Below are positions 15,066 through 23,075 of a DNA stretch of 43,714 nt, piece after piece (position 1 is the stretch's first letter; each line of letters begins with the position of its first letter). The position numbers and the translations under genes are program-made. This DNA is from a virus. Taxonomy: Duplodnaviria; Caudoviricetes. The notes under the pieces are model-generated. The model saw nothing but the letters and a program-made list of their open reading frames with translations, searched no databases and had not been told where the DNA came from. The DNA lies in the IMG/VR virus record IMGVR_UViG_3300044508_000045, positions 1-43,714 of that record; one strand, 5' to 3'.

Positions 15066-15390
15066 CGGAGCCCTCTCCGCGGATCTCGTGCTCGAGCTTG
15101 GCGAGCCGCTCCCACTCCTCGTCCGTGATCTCCCGGGACTCCGTGACGTCCTTCAACTCGACGCCGAGGTCCTGGCGCGGCTTCGCGTAGGCGAACTCCG
15201 CGCGCATCTTGAACGCGGCGACGATCGCGCTCGCGTTCCGCACGTACTTGCCCGAGCAGATCCGGTCGAGCTGCTTCATGTCCTTTTCGGTGACCTGCGC
15301 GCGCTCCCGGAACTCGGGCTCGGCGAGCCGCTTCACCAGCTCGTCCGCCTCCCGCCTGCCGCGCGTCTTCGGTGCTCGTCCCTTGGCCAT
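15058..15390 (-). CDS. probable terminase small subunit
   Basis: First gene after a late-promoter motif. Basic N-terminus, AYAKPRQ motif, ITDEEWERL C-terminus. Confidence 0.55.
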   Translation of the reverse strand: MAKGRAPKTRGRREADELVKRLAEPEFRERAQVTEKDMKQLDRICSGKYVRNASAIVAAFKMRAEFAYAKPRQDLGVELKDVTESREITDEEWERLAKLEHEIRGEGSGA

Positions 15391-15436
15391 CGTTCCTCGG
15401 TGCCCCCCGGCCCCCGATCGCCGCCGTTCCGTTCAC

Positions 15437-15458
15437 AGGCTCCGGCGGTTCTGGGACA
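15437..15458 (-). promoter_or_regulatory. putative late promoter (terminase operon)
   Basis: TGTCCCAG-aaccgccg-GAGCCT. Confidence 0.65.
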
Positions 15459-15461
15459 ACC

Positions 15462-15818
15462 TCAGCGCCACCCCTTCTCGCGAGCACGGACGCGCGCCCA
15501 GTCGTCCATGGCCGACCAGAAGTTGCGCTGGGCGGCCCGGAAGTCGACCTCGCCCTCGGAGTCGGCGTTCGACCAGGCCATTCCGAGCTCCTCGATCTCG
15601 CTGCGGATGCGGGACTTCGCATCGGCGAGGCGGTGGCAGGCCTCGAACACCTCGTCGCGGGCGGCGTGGAGGCGCTCACGAGGGGTCTTCGCGCGCAGCG
15701 GCTTGAGCTTCTTGCCGCGGATGTGCTGCTTCCGGTGGCCCTGGCAGAGCGGGCCGATTCCGGCGACGTTCGACTCGGAGAGCTCTTCGCACTTCGGCCC
15801 CACGCATCGCTCGCTCAT
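15462..15818 (-). CDS. Zn-finger (C-x4-C...C-x2-H) protein, candidate late-gene activator
   Basis: MSERCVGPKC...LCQGHRKQ. Last early gene before the first late promoter; the function is inferred from position. Confidence 0.55.
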   Translation of the reverse strand: MSERCVGPKCEELSESNVAGIGPLCQGHRKQHIRGKKLKPLRAKTPRERLHAARDEVFEACHRLADAKSRIRSEIEELGMAWSNADSEGEVDFRAAQRNFWSAMDDWARVRAREKGWR

Positions 15819-16162
15819 GACACGTCCTCCTCCCGCAGCCGCCAGGTGCGAATGGTCTTCGTCGGCTTCGCCCAGCCGTGCACGAGGAGCCGGATGCCGG
15901 CTTCGCGCAGGAGCGGGACGAAGAGGTTCGCGGAGATCTTCGTGAGCCGGGCGGCGACGTTGTCGGCCGAGGTCGTCTGGACCAGGACGAGCTCGCCGCG
16001 GGTGGCCGGCGTCTTGCCGACGGCGAAGATGTCCCACGCGTTGAAGAGGTCGCGCTTGAAGACGAGCCTGCCGGCACGCACGCTCTGCTCGACGACCCAC
16101 GGCTCGTAGCCTCGCTCGCGGAGGAGCTCGAGGGACCGGCTGGTGGGGGATTGGCTCGCCAT
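15815..16162 (-). CDS. PD-(D/E)XK nuclease, probable Holliday junction resolvase
   Basis: SPTSRSLELLRERGY...VE...DLFNAWDIFAV...VLVQTT pattern, downstream of the helicase. Confidence 0.7.
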   Translation of the reverse strand: MASQSPTSRSLELLRERGYEPWVVEQSVRAGRLVFKRDLFNAWDIFAVGKTPATRGELVLVQTTSADNVAARLTKISANLFVPLLREAGIRLLVHGWAKPTKTIRTWRLREEDVS

Positions 16163-16166
16163 GCGC

Positions 16167-17114
16167 TCAGTCCTCCGCCTGGTCGTGCTCGAGGGCGCGC
16201 TCGGTGATCATCCCGGTCGCGCCGTTCGCGGTGAAGGGCAGGTACTGCATGTTCGGCCCGAAGCGGTTCTTGAGCACGAAGGCGTCGAGACAGGTGACGG
16301 GGCTGTCGTCGTCCCTCTTCCGCTTCTGGACCTGGAGCCCGATCGCGACGTCGGCGTCGTGCTCGAAGCGAGCGGAGCCGCGGAAGTCGCTGAGGCCGGG
16401 TGTCCGGTCCTCGCCGGGCTTGGCGTCCCGGTCGATGCCACGGGAGAGCTGCGCGGTGACGACGACCCACGGCCGGTAGCCGGCGGAGACTTCGCCGCGA
16501 GAGAGCGCTCGCAGCCGGTCGATGGAGCGCGAGAGCGCGTCGAGCTCGTTGCCGCGGCCGCGGTCGATCATGCCGGCGTGGTCGATGAAGACGGCGTCGA
16601 AGCGCGAGCGGCAGGCGGAGTGCATGAGCTGCTCGAGCGTCCGCCCGTGCTCCTCGGCGCCATGGAGCCGAAGGTTCATCTCGAGCGCCTGGAGCCGCAG
16701 CACCGAGCGGTCCCAGCGCCCCTGCTCGTCCAGGTCGAAGTCGAGCTGGTCGGAGAAGCGAGCCTCGATGCGGCGGCGGTCGAGCGCGGAGAAGCGCGCG
16801 AGGGCGAGCAAGCCAAGCTCGGCTGGGGTCATCTCGAGCGAGACGAAGAGCACGCGCTGCCGGGCCTCAGCCGCGTTCAGGGCCAGGTTCCAGAGCAGGG
16901 CCGTCTTGAAGCTCCCCGGCCGGCCCCCGATCACCCAGAAGGTTTCCAACTGCGGCCTGCAGAGTCTCTCGAGTCGCGGGTACCCGACGTGCAGGCGCCT
17001 CACGCGCTTCGTCCGGTCCAGCGCGTGGCCGATCGCGTCGTCCAGGCTGTTCAGGTTCGGGAGGCTCTTCTCCGGCTTCCCAGCGTCGCTTGGCTTCGAG
17101 GAGAGCAGCTTCAT
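16167..17114 (-). CDS. DnaB-like replicative helicase (C-terminal ATPase domain only)
   Basis: GGRPGSFKT, VLFVSLEM, VFIDH, AQLSR and SDFRGSARFEHDAD are the SF4 helicase motifs. Confidence 0.92.
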   Translation of the reverse strand: MKLLSSKPSDAGKPEKSLPNLNSLDDAIGHALDRTKRVRRLHVGYPRLERLCRPQLETFWVIGGRPGSFKTALLWNLALNAAEARQRVLFVSLEMTPAELGLLALARFSALDRRRIEARFSDQLDFDLDEQGRWDRSVLRLQALEMNLRLHGAEEHGRTLEQLMHSACRSRFDAVFIDHAGMIDRGRGNELDALSRSIDRLRALSRGEVSAGYRPWVVVTAQLSRGIDRDAKPGEDRTPGLSDFRGSARFEHDADVAIGLQVQKRKRDDDSPVTCLDAFVLKNRFGPNMQYLPFTANGATGMITERALEHDQAED

Positions 17115-17871
17115 CGTCGGTCACCTTCCGTGCAGGGGTGCGGTGCGGGTTGTTCTGGGCGCGGGTGAACCAGCTCACGAGGAAGCGAGGGACGCCGGAG
17201 CTGGTCTTGCGCTTGCCGGGGTTCGCCTCGAGCCAGACCTTCGCCTTGCGGATCTCGGCGACGAGGTCGAGGTCGGGGAACGCTCTCTGCCACTCGGAGA
17301 CCTGCGCCTGGGTGACCGGGTACTCTCGGGGACCACGTCCGACGCAAGGGAGCGAAGCGACCGCTTCGGGGGGAGCGACGGCGGGCTTCATCGCCGGAGT
17401 GCTCGCACCACTCCCCATTCCACTCCTCTCCACTCCCAATACCACTCCGCAAGTGGGACTCCGTGAGTCCTCCGTGAAGGCTCCGTGAGCACTCCGTGAG
17501 TCCTCCGTGAAGGCTCCGGGTGGCGGCGGAGGAAGCCTCGAGGGGCTCGGTCTGCTAGGTCGTTGATGTTTCGAGAAATTCTTGAGCGCCGCGAACGTCC
17601 GGCCGTCGACTTCGTAGAGCGCGAGGCATCCCGTGGCGGCAATTCGTCGCACGATGGAGCCGAAATCGAGCGCCTTCCCTCCGGCGGTGAGAACGGACCC
17701 TTCCGGGTACGGGAAGAGGTTTGCGCGCGCTCGCCGCTCGTTCCATTCCATCCGCCCCTCGTCGTCCGCGAGGGACCAGAGGCCGGCGTAGACCAGCTTC
17801 TGGTCGATCGGCCAGACGCCCGTTGTGTCGGGGTCGTCCCAGAACTCCGGCTTCAGGCTGCGGATGCGCAT
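16867..17871 (-). CDS. phage replication initiator (replisome organiser)
   Basis: MRIRSLKPEFWDD...GLWSLADDEGR N-terminus; C-terminal WQRAFPDLDLVAEIRKAKVWLEANPGKRKT...RFLVSW domain; internal iterons. The 3' end is uncertain because it overlaps the helicase. Confidence 0.8.
   Translation of the reverse strand: MRIRSLKPEFWDDPDTTGVWPIDQKLVYAGLWSLADDEGRMEWNERRARANLFPYPEGSVLTAGGKALDFGSIVRRIAATGCLALYEVDGRTFAALKNFSKHQRPSRPSPSRLPPPPPGAFTEDSRSAHGAFTEDSRSPTCGVVLGVERSGMGSGASTPAMKPAVAPPEAVASLPCVGRGPREYPVTQAQVSEWQRAFPDLDLVAEIRKAKVWLEANPGKRKTSSGVPRFLVSWFTRAQNNPHRTPARKVTDDEAALLEAKRRWEAGEEPPEPEQPGRRDRPRAGPDEAREAPARRVPATRETLQAAVGNLLGDRGPAGELQDGPALEPGPERG
17408..17520. repeat. iteron-like repeats, probable replication origin
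   Basis: CTCCGTGA at 17459, 17470, 17481, 17492 and 17503 (partial at 17514), exact 11-bp period. CCACTCC x4 at 17408-17448. Confidence 0.75.
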
Positions 17872-18125
17872 GATGCGACTCCCTCCATCGGGTCCAGGCC
17901 GAGGCGCTGGTTGCGGCGAGCGCGCGCGGCGAGGCGGACGTACATCCTCCGCACGTCGGCGCGGAGCAGCTCGGGGTTGCTGCGGCCGAACTCGAAGTGC
18001 AGGTCGTCCACGGTGAGCGGACCACTTCCGCGAACGTCTGGCGGCAACCGGCGCCAGCACCAGGTGAGGAAGGCGTCCGGGTCGAGCGGGGCAAGGCGTT
18101 CGCGGCGACGGCGAGCGGGGGGCAT
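17853..18125 (-). CDS. hypothetical protein
   Basis: GAGGAG RBS; fills the gap between the methyltransferase and the initiator. Confidence 0.55.
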   Translation of the reverse strand: MPPARRRRERLAPLDPDAFLTWCWRRLPPDVRGSGPLTVDDLHFEFGRSNPELLRADVRRMYVRLAARARRNQRLGLDPMEGVASCASAA

Positions 18126-18719
18126 CTACTCCTCCTCCTCTTCGAGCTGAGGGCGGACGACGGGAGCCTCGTTGCCCCAGGCCGTCCAGCCGGGGCGCGC
18201 CGCCCGCGCGAAGAGCTCGAGCCGGGGCCCGCGGACCAAGCGCTCCAGAGCTCGGTGCAGGTCGGGTGGCTTCTCGGAGTGGCGCCCACGGGGCGCGATG
18301 CAGGCGCTGGGAACGCCGTGGTCCAGGATGAGGGGCCGGCCGCGATCGCAGATGAGCGCGAGCTCGTGGCACTTGCGCATCCGGTGGCCGAGGCCGATCT
18401 GCAGCCGACCGCCGTTCTGCTTCGTCCAGGCGTAGATGTGGCGGTACGTGAAGCCCCAGGCCTTGGCGACGGTCAGCGCCGCGAAGAGGTGCGTGTCGGG
18501 GAACCAGAGCGCGAGGACGGAGGACTTCGCCACCACCTGGTCGACGGGGAGGAGTGCGATCTCCTCGACCGTCATCGTGGCGTAGTGCCGCGCGGCGGCC
18601 GCGCGGGTGGCGGTGTCCTGGAACCGCCAGGGTGGGTCGGCGAGGACGACGCCCCAGCCCCCCCGCACCATGGGAAGGCCAGGGCCTCGGTGTGACAGAG
18701 CGTATTCCGCGGGGTTCAC
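18126..18719 (-). CDS. MT-A70-family N6-adenine methyltransferase
   Basis: VLADPPW...HYATMT...WGFTY...WTK...HSEKP...RLELFAR...GWTAWGNE. GTG start overlaps the upstream TGA. Confidence 0.92.
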   Translation of the reverse strand: MNPAEYALSHRGPGLPMVRGGWGVVLADPPWRFQDTATRAAAARHYATMTVEEIALLPVDQVVAKSSVLALWFPDTHLFAALTVAKAWGFTYRHIYAWTKQNGGRLQIGLGHRMRKCHELALICDRGRPLILDHGVPSACIAPRGRHSEKPPDLHRALERLVRGPRLELFARAARPGWTAWGNEAPVVRPQLEEEEE

Positions 18720-19273
18720 CGGAGCAGCGCCTGCTCGACGTCGCACCAGCAAATATGGGAGCGAACGATGTCGGCCGACTCCCGCAGGGCCTTCGCGCGG
18801 GTGCTCGTCCAGGCGTCGGCGGCGTCGGCGCCGGCGTCGGCGCCGGCGGCGTCGGCGGAGGCGGCGGCGGCGGCGGAGGCGGCGGCGGCGCCGGCGGCGT
18901 CGGCGGAGGCCCGCACGTCCATGAGCGAGACGCCCGCCTCCCCGCGGGCCCAGCGCTCCGCCGTCTCGATGGCGATCCGGGGCCGCTCTTCGCCGGCCCT
19001 GACGTACTTCAGCGCCGTCCGGGCGACCGCACAGGCAGCGAGCACGAGCTGCTTCCGGTCGATCCCGCCCCACGAGGCGAGCCAGAGGAGGAAGGCGCCG
19101 TTCTCGCACCTCTCCCAGAGCTCCGTGGGGGCCCCCGGCGTCTTCTCGACCCAGCGCCGGACGTCGGGGCCGTAGCCCCAGTACCAGCGCCAGCGGGGGA
19201 GGATCTCGAGCAGGCGCTCGCGGGTGAGCGTCGGGGTGGGGTCGAGCTTCGGCGCGGCGTTCGTGTCGGTCAC
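18716..19273 (-). CDS. Imm5-like domain protein with Ala-rich low-complexity tract
   Basis: LWERCENGAFLLWL, LAACAVARTAL...ERPRIAIETAERWARGE, Ala/Asp tract, ADIVR. Confidence 0.7.
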   Translation of the reverse strand: MTDTNAAPKLDPTPTLTRERLLEILPRWRWYWGYGPDVRRWVEKTPGAPTELWERCENGAFLLWLASWGGIDRKQLVLAACAVARTALKYVRAGEERPRIAIETAERWARGEAGVSLMDVRASADAAGAAAASAAAAASADAAGADAGADAADAWTSTRAKALRESADIVRSHICWCDVEQALLR

Positions 19274-19321
19274 GGTGGATCTCCAGGTGCTGCGGGTGAT
19301 CGCGGCGGCATGCCGCGAAGG

Positions 19322-19723
19322 TCAGCCGTCCTCGCCGTAGGCGCGCCGGAGAATGGCGTCGCCGGCGGCGCCCGAGGCGCGCAGCTCGCGCTCCAGGAGG
19401 TCGAGCCGCTCCTCGGGGGAGAGCTTCCGGGCAGGGACGATCGCCTGCTCCGAGAGGGCGGCGATGTGGCGCAGGATGCGGTGCTCGCGGTCGGCCTCGA
19501 GGATGGCCGGGAGCCACTCGACGCTGAAGTTCTTCCCGCTGGCGTGGAGGGCGGCGGAGAGGTGGGAAGGCGCGATCCCGATGGTGATGGCGAGCTCGTC
19601 GGCCTGCTTCACCTCGGCCTTGACGACGTCGCGGATCACCGCCAGGAGACGTTGGCCGGCGCGCCGGTGCACCTCGCGGAGCTCGTAGGCGAGCGGCAGG
19701 ACTTGTTGCTTCTTCGGCTCCAT
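19322..19723 (-). CDS. CII-like regulator
   Basis: GGAGG RBS, HTH-like ADELAITIGIAPSHLSAAL, directly downstream of the cro-like gene. Confidence 0.55.
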   Translation of the reverse strand: MEPKKQQVLPLAYELREVHRRAGQRLLAVIRDVVKAEVKQADELAITIGIAPSHLSAALHASGKNFSVEWLPAILEADREHRILRHIAALSEQAIVPARKLSPEERLDLLERELRASGAAGDAILRRAYGEDG

Positions 19724-19819
19724 GTCCCCTCCGGTGAAGCTCAGCGACCGGAATTCACTCTGGTTGACCGTGGGCTTCGGGGCAGGCTGGTGCGCAGGAG
19801 GCTGCACATGGCTCGGAGA

Positions 19820-20059
19820 TCACGGAGACGGAGTCAGGAGATCGCCCGGCTGGCAGCGCAGCGCGCGCGCCAGTCGCTCGATGCGGGCGAGCCCCACGCC
19901 GCGGGAGCCGCCCTGCGCGTTCTCGATGCGGGAGAGGGCGGCGGCCGTGAGTCTCGAAGCCCGCGCGAGCTCCTCCTGCGCGAGGCCGAGCGCCTCGCGG
20001 CGCTTCCGGACGTTGTGGCCGAGGACGACAGCAGGCGCAGGGGTCTTCGGGGTCTTCAT
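19820..20059 (-). CDS. XRE-family HTH regulator (Cro-like)
   Basis: NVRKRREALGLAQEELARASRLTAAALSRIEN...LARALRCQPGDLL. First gene of the leftward lytic operon. Confidence 0.85.
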   Translation of the reverse strand: MKTPKTPAPAVVLGHNVRKRREALGLAQEELARASRLTAAALSRIENAQGGSRGVGLARIERLARALRCQPGDLLTPSP

Positions 20060-20060
20060 G

Positions 20061-20101
20061 TTGTCGTGGATAGCAACTCTGGCCGTTGCCGTCAACGGCA
20101 A
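20061..20101. promoter_or_regulatory. two palindromic operators overlapping a leftward sigma70-like promoter
   Basis: TTGTCGT-GG-ATAGCAA (20061-76) and TTGCCGT-CA-ACGGCAA (20086-101). On the minus strand: TTGACG-17-TATCCA, then 7 nt to ATG. Confidence 0.8.
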
Positions 20102-20149
20102 GCCGCGGACCCACACGCAACCACCCGTAATCGCTAGACTCACCCTCAC

Positions 20150-20422
20150 ATGTCCCGAGAGCTCGCCAAGCCGCCGCCGCCCAGCCGGTACAGTTACGCC
20201 AGGGCCGTGCTCGAGGTGGAGCGGGTGCTCGACACGCTGCCGGCCGGCACCCAGAAGCAGGTGGCCGGCTACTGCAACCTCACCGAGCAGCAGTTCAGCC
20301 ACCGCATGCGAGGCGTCCAGGCGAAGTTCACCCTGGAGCACCTCGGGGCCATCGCCGACTTCTTCAAGATGCCGGCTGGGTGGCCCTTCGTGACCGCCGA
20401 GCCGCGCCGGAGAGCGAAATGA
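20150..20422 (+). CDS. short HTH repressor (CI-like, no peptidase domain)
   Basis: TQKQVAGYCNLTEQQFSHRMRG...FTLEHLGAIADFF. Divergent from the cro-like gene; TAGACT at 20135-20140 just upstream. Confidence 0.75.
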   Translation: MSRELAKPPPPSRYSYARAVLEVERVLDTLPAGTQKQVAGYCNLTEQQFSHRMRGVQAKFTLEHLGAIADFFKMPAGWPFVTAEPRRRAK

Positions 20423-20730
20423 ACCTACGCCAAGAGGTGGCCGCCTGGATCACCGTGCTGCTACTGGCAGCCGTTGCGGCGGTCAAGACGAGTGGAACCG
20501 TGCAGCTGGGGGCGCCGATCGTGCTTCTTGGCTGTGCGGCCTGTTTCTCGCTTCGGTCTCGGGCGGGAGGCTCCACTGCCCCGCTTTGGCTCTTGGCCGT
20601 CGGAATTGGGGGAGGCGTCTTTCTGCTCGGCTCCGCCACGGCAGCGGCTGGAGTGAGCGGGATCTCAGGCGCGCTGCTACAGGTTAGATATGGACTCGAA
20701 AACGTAGCCGCTGCCGTTGGTTCCCGCTGA
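20419..20730 (+). CDS. membrane protein coupled to the repressor (possible superinfection exclusion)
   Basis: ATGA overlap with the repressor, about three hydrophobic segments, visibly more A/T-ending codons. Confidence 0.6.
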   Translation: MNLRQEVAAWITVLLLAAVAAVKTSGTVQLGAPIVLLGCAACFSLRSRAGGSTAPLWLLAVGIGGGVFLLGSATAAAGVSGISGALLQVRYGLENVAAAVGSR

Positions 20731-20808
20731 GCCGGGCGGCGTGTCCGACCCTCGGTGTAGAAGCACCGGATGCGTTCCTCCGAGGGGTCCGCGGCCGTCG
20801 CCCAGGCG

Positions 20809-21000
20809 ATGCCCCAATCCGCGGTCAGAGGTCGCGTCAACCACTGCCTCGAACACCTGCGCCACACGCTCGACCTGGCCCGCCTAGCCGTCGCAGGGCC
20901 GGAGCCCGAGCGAGCCGCCAGGTACCTGCTCGACACGCTGAAGGACCTCCAGCCCGAGCTGCGCGCTCTGCGCGCCGGGCTGGGGCCGCGCTCCAAGTAG
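20809..21000 (+). CDS. small hypothetical protein
   Basis: Helical-looking 63-aa ORF in the immunity region; start uncertain (20770 or 20809). Confidence 0.45.
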   Translation: MPQSAVRGRVNHCLEHLRHTLDLARLAVAGPEPERAARYLLDTLKDLQPELRALRAGLGPRSK

Positions 21001-21056
21001 CCGCCAAGTAGCCGATAACCCGACGCCTTGTGGGGCGGCCGCGTGCTTCTTGTGCC

Positions 21057-21109
21057 TTGCTATTGACGACAACCGCCGAGGCTGCTATCCGTCTTGTCGT
21101 AGATGGCAA
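21057..21109 (+). promoter_or_regulatory. two palindromic operators overlapping a rightward sigma70-like promoter
   Basis: TTGCTAT-TG-ACGACAA (21057-72) and TTGTCGT-AG-ATGGCAA (21094-109). TTGACG at 21063, 17-nt spacer, TATCCG. Confidence 0.8.
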
Positions 21110-21147
21110 CGCCGCCCCGCCGGGCGGCACACGAGACGGAGGAGCAA

Positions 21148-21330
21148 ATGGTCCAGGTCACGATGCAGGTCCCGAAGATGAGCGAGGAGCTGGACGAGAT
21201 CACCGCGAGCGTCGAGTGCATCCTCTCGGCCCTCCGCGTCGGCGGCGTCGAGACCGCCCGCGCCATGGCGATCAACCTCAAGCAGGTCGTTGACGCGAAG
21301 GCCCGCGTCGCCCGCGCCCGGGGGAACTGA
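21148..21330 (+). CDS. hypothetical protein (first gene of rightward early operon)
   Basis: GGAGGAG RBS before ATG 21148. Confidence 0.7.
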   Translation: MVQVTMQVPKMSEELDEITASVECILSALRVGGVETARAMAINLKQVVDAKARVARARGN

Positions 21331-21333
21331 GCC

Positions 21334-21651
21334 ATGACGAACTTCGAGCTCGCCTACCTGATGGAGACCGCGGAGCAGGAGCTCACCGCCGAGCAGGACG
21401 CGCATCCGGAGATCGCCTACGCCGTCGCCGGCTCGGCGTGCCTCCTCCGCGTCGGCCTGGACAAGGCGGAAGCCATCACCACTCCCGCCGTCCAGCGGCA
21501 GCACCTCATCACCATCGCCGGAATGGCGGCCGCCAACCTCGGCGCCGCACTCGACCGGCACCCGCACCTCCTGGAGCGCGCGAAGCTCCTCGCCGACTGC
21601 GTCTCCTCGCTCGCCTCCATGGCGACGGCCGCCCGCTCGGAGGCCGCGTAG
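21334..21651 (+). CDS. hypothetical protein, homologue of 96..419
   Basis: Full-length alignment by eye with 96..419. Confidence 0.8.
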   Translation: MTNFELAYLMETAEQELTAEQDAHPEIAYAVAGSACLLRVGLDKAEAITTPAVQRQHLITIAGMAAANLGAALDRHPHLLERAKLLADCVSSLASMATAARSEAA

Positions 21652-21653
21652 CC

Positions 21654-22091
21654 ATGCTTCCCGCCATCTACGGCCACGACGCGAGGTTCCTGCCCCCCGA
21701 GGACGACGGCCTCGAGGTCGTCTGCGCGGACTGCCGATCCACGCTCTCGGCCGACGACGCGGGGGTGCTCCTCGGCGTCGAGCGGTGCCCCGAGTGCGAG
21801 CGCAAGGCGGCGCTCCGGCTCCTGCTCGGCTGCGAGTTCCTCCACCGCCCGGCCGCGGAGCGCATCGAGATCCTGACCGCCGCGCAGGCGGCGCTGCACC
21901 ACCTCGAGGCCGAGATCCGCTCCACGCTCCGCCGCCGCGCCGCCGCCGGCGAGGTCGCGAAGTGCGCCTCCTGCAAGTGCATGGAGATCGACCCGAACCA
22001 CGCCCCCTGCTGCTCCGGCGCCTGCCGTGAGCAGTGGGACACCGACCAGCGCCTGGTCCAGCTGAAGGCCCGGGCCGAGAAGGGAGCCTGA
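21654..22091 (+). CDS. Cys-rich (Zn-finger) hypothetical protein
   Basis: CADC, CPEC, CASC and CCSGAC motifs; GGAGG RBS. Confidence 0.7.
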   Translation: MLPAIYGHDARFLPPEDDGLEVVCADCRSTLSADDAGVLLGVERCPECERKAALRLLLGCEFLHRPAAERIEILTAAQAALHHLEAEIRSTLRRRAAAGEVAKCASCKCMEIDPNHAPCCSGACREQWDTDQRLVQLKARAEKGA

Positions 22092-22093
22092 CC

Positions 22094-23071
22094 ATGGCCA
22101 CCGTCGCCACCCTGTCCGCCCGCCAGCAGGCGATGCGCGCCGAGGGGCTCGGCGCCTCCGAGGTCCCGACCGCCCTTGGCCTCAACCCCTTCCAGTCCGC
22201 CGCGGAGCTCGCGGCGGTCAAGCGCGGGGAGCTGCCCGCCTTCGAGGGGAACGAGTTCACGCGCTGGGGGCAGCGCCTGGAGAAGCCGATCGCCGAGGAG
22301 TGGCTCGAGCGGCACGCCGGCGAGGGGGTCGGCATCTTCACGCCGGGCACGCTCCGGCACCCGACCTGCCCTGTGCTCCTCGCCTCCCCGGACCGGGTCG
22401 TCGTCCCGAACGGCCGGCGCGCCCGGGACGCCTGGCTCTCGCTCCTCGAGATCAAGGCGGTCTCCGCCTACCGGGCCGGCGAGTTCGGCGAGGCCGCCGA
22501 CGAGATCCCCGAGGCCTACCTCGTCCAGGTGCAGGTCCAGCTTGAGGTGACCGGCCTCGAGAAGGCGACGCTCGTCCCCCTCCTCGGTGGCAACGCCTAC
22601 CGCGAGTACCCGCAGACCCGCGACCGCGAGTTCGGTGGGCAGCTGGTCCAGTTCGCCGAGAAGTGGTGGGCGGACCACGTCGTCCAGGGCCTGCCCGTCC
22701 CGGTGGATGGCTCGGAGGCCTCGAGCTCCTACCTGCGGCGCCGCTTCCCCGCCGAGGCCGGTCCGTTGCTCGACCCGACGCCCGAGCTCGAGCAGCTCGT
22801 GCAGCGGCTGAAGGACGCGAGGCTCGTCCTCCGCACCGCCGAGGCGGAGGAGTCCGCGGCCGGCAACGCGCTGCGGGCGCTCCTGGGCGAGGCGGCCGGC
22901 GTCGCCGGGCTCGTCTCCTGGAAGGCGAACAAGCCCTCCGAGAAGACCGACTGGGAGGCCGTCGCCCTCTCCTTCGCCGCCACCCACCCGGAACAGTTCC
23001 GCGACTTCGTGAAGCAGTTCACCACCACCAAGCCCGGGGCCCGCGTGCTCCGCCTCCTGAAGGGAGCGTAG
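22094..23071 (+). CDS. YqaJ-like (lambda-exonuclease family) recombination nuclease
   Basis: GLGASEVPTALGLNPF, WGQRLE, LLASPDR, LLEIK and IPEAYLVQVQVQL motifs. Confidence 0.92.
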   Translation: MATVATLSARQQAMRAEGLGASEVPTALGLNPFQSAAELAAVKRGELPAFEGNEFTRWGQRLEKPIAEEWLERHAGEGVGIFTPGTLRHPTCPVLLASPDRVVVPNGRRARDAWLSLLEIKAVSAYRAGEFGEAADEIPEAYLVQVQVQLEVTGLEKATLVPLLGGNAYREYPQTRDREFGGQLVQFAEKWWADHVVQGLPVPVDGSEASSSYLRRRFPAEAGPLLDPTPELEQLVQRLKDARLVLRTAEAEESAAGNALRALLGEAAGVAGLVSWKANKPSEKTDWEAVALSFAATHPEQFRDFVKQFTTTKPGARVLRLLKGA

Positions 23072-23075
23072 GACC

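Noticed and set aside
18126-18719. Restriction-modification or other defence system
   Set aside because: Orphan MT-A70 methylase in the replication operon. The nearby PD-(D/E)XK gene fits a resolvase by motif and position.
18607-18924. Poly-arginine ORF on the + strand
   Set aside because: Antisense shadow of the GCC-rich Ala tract of 18716..19273.
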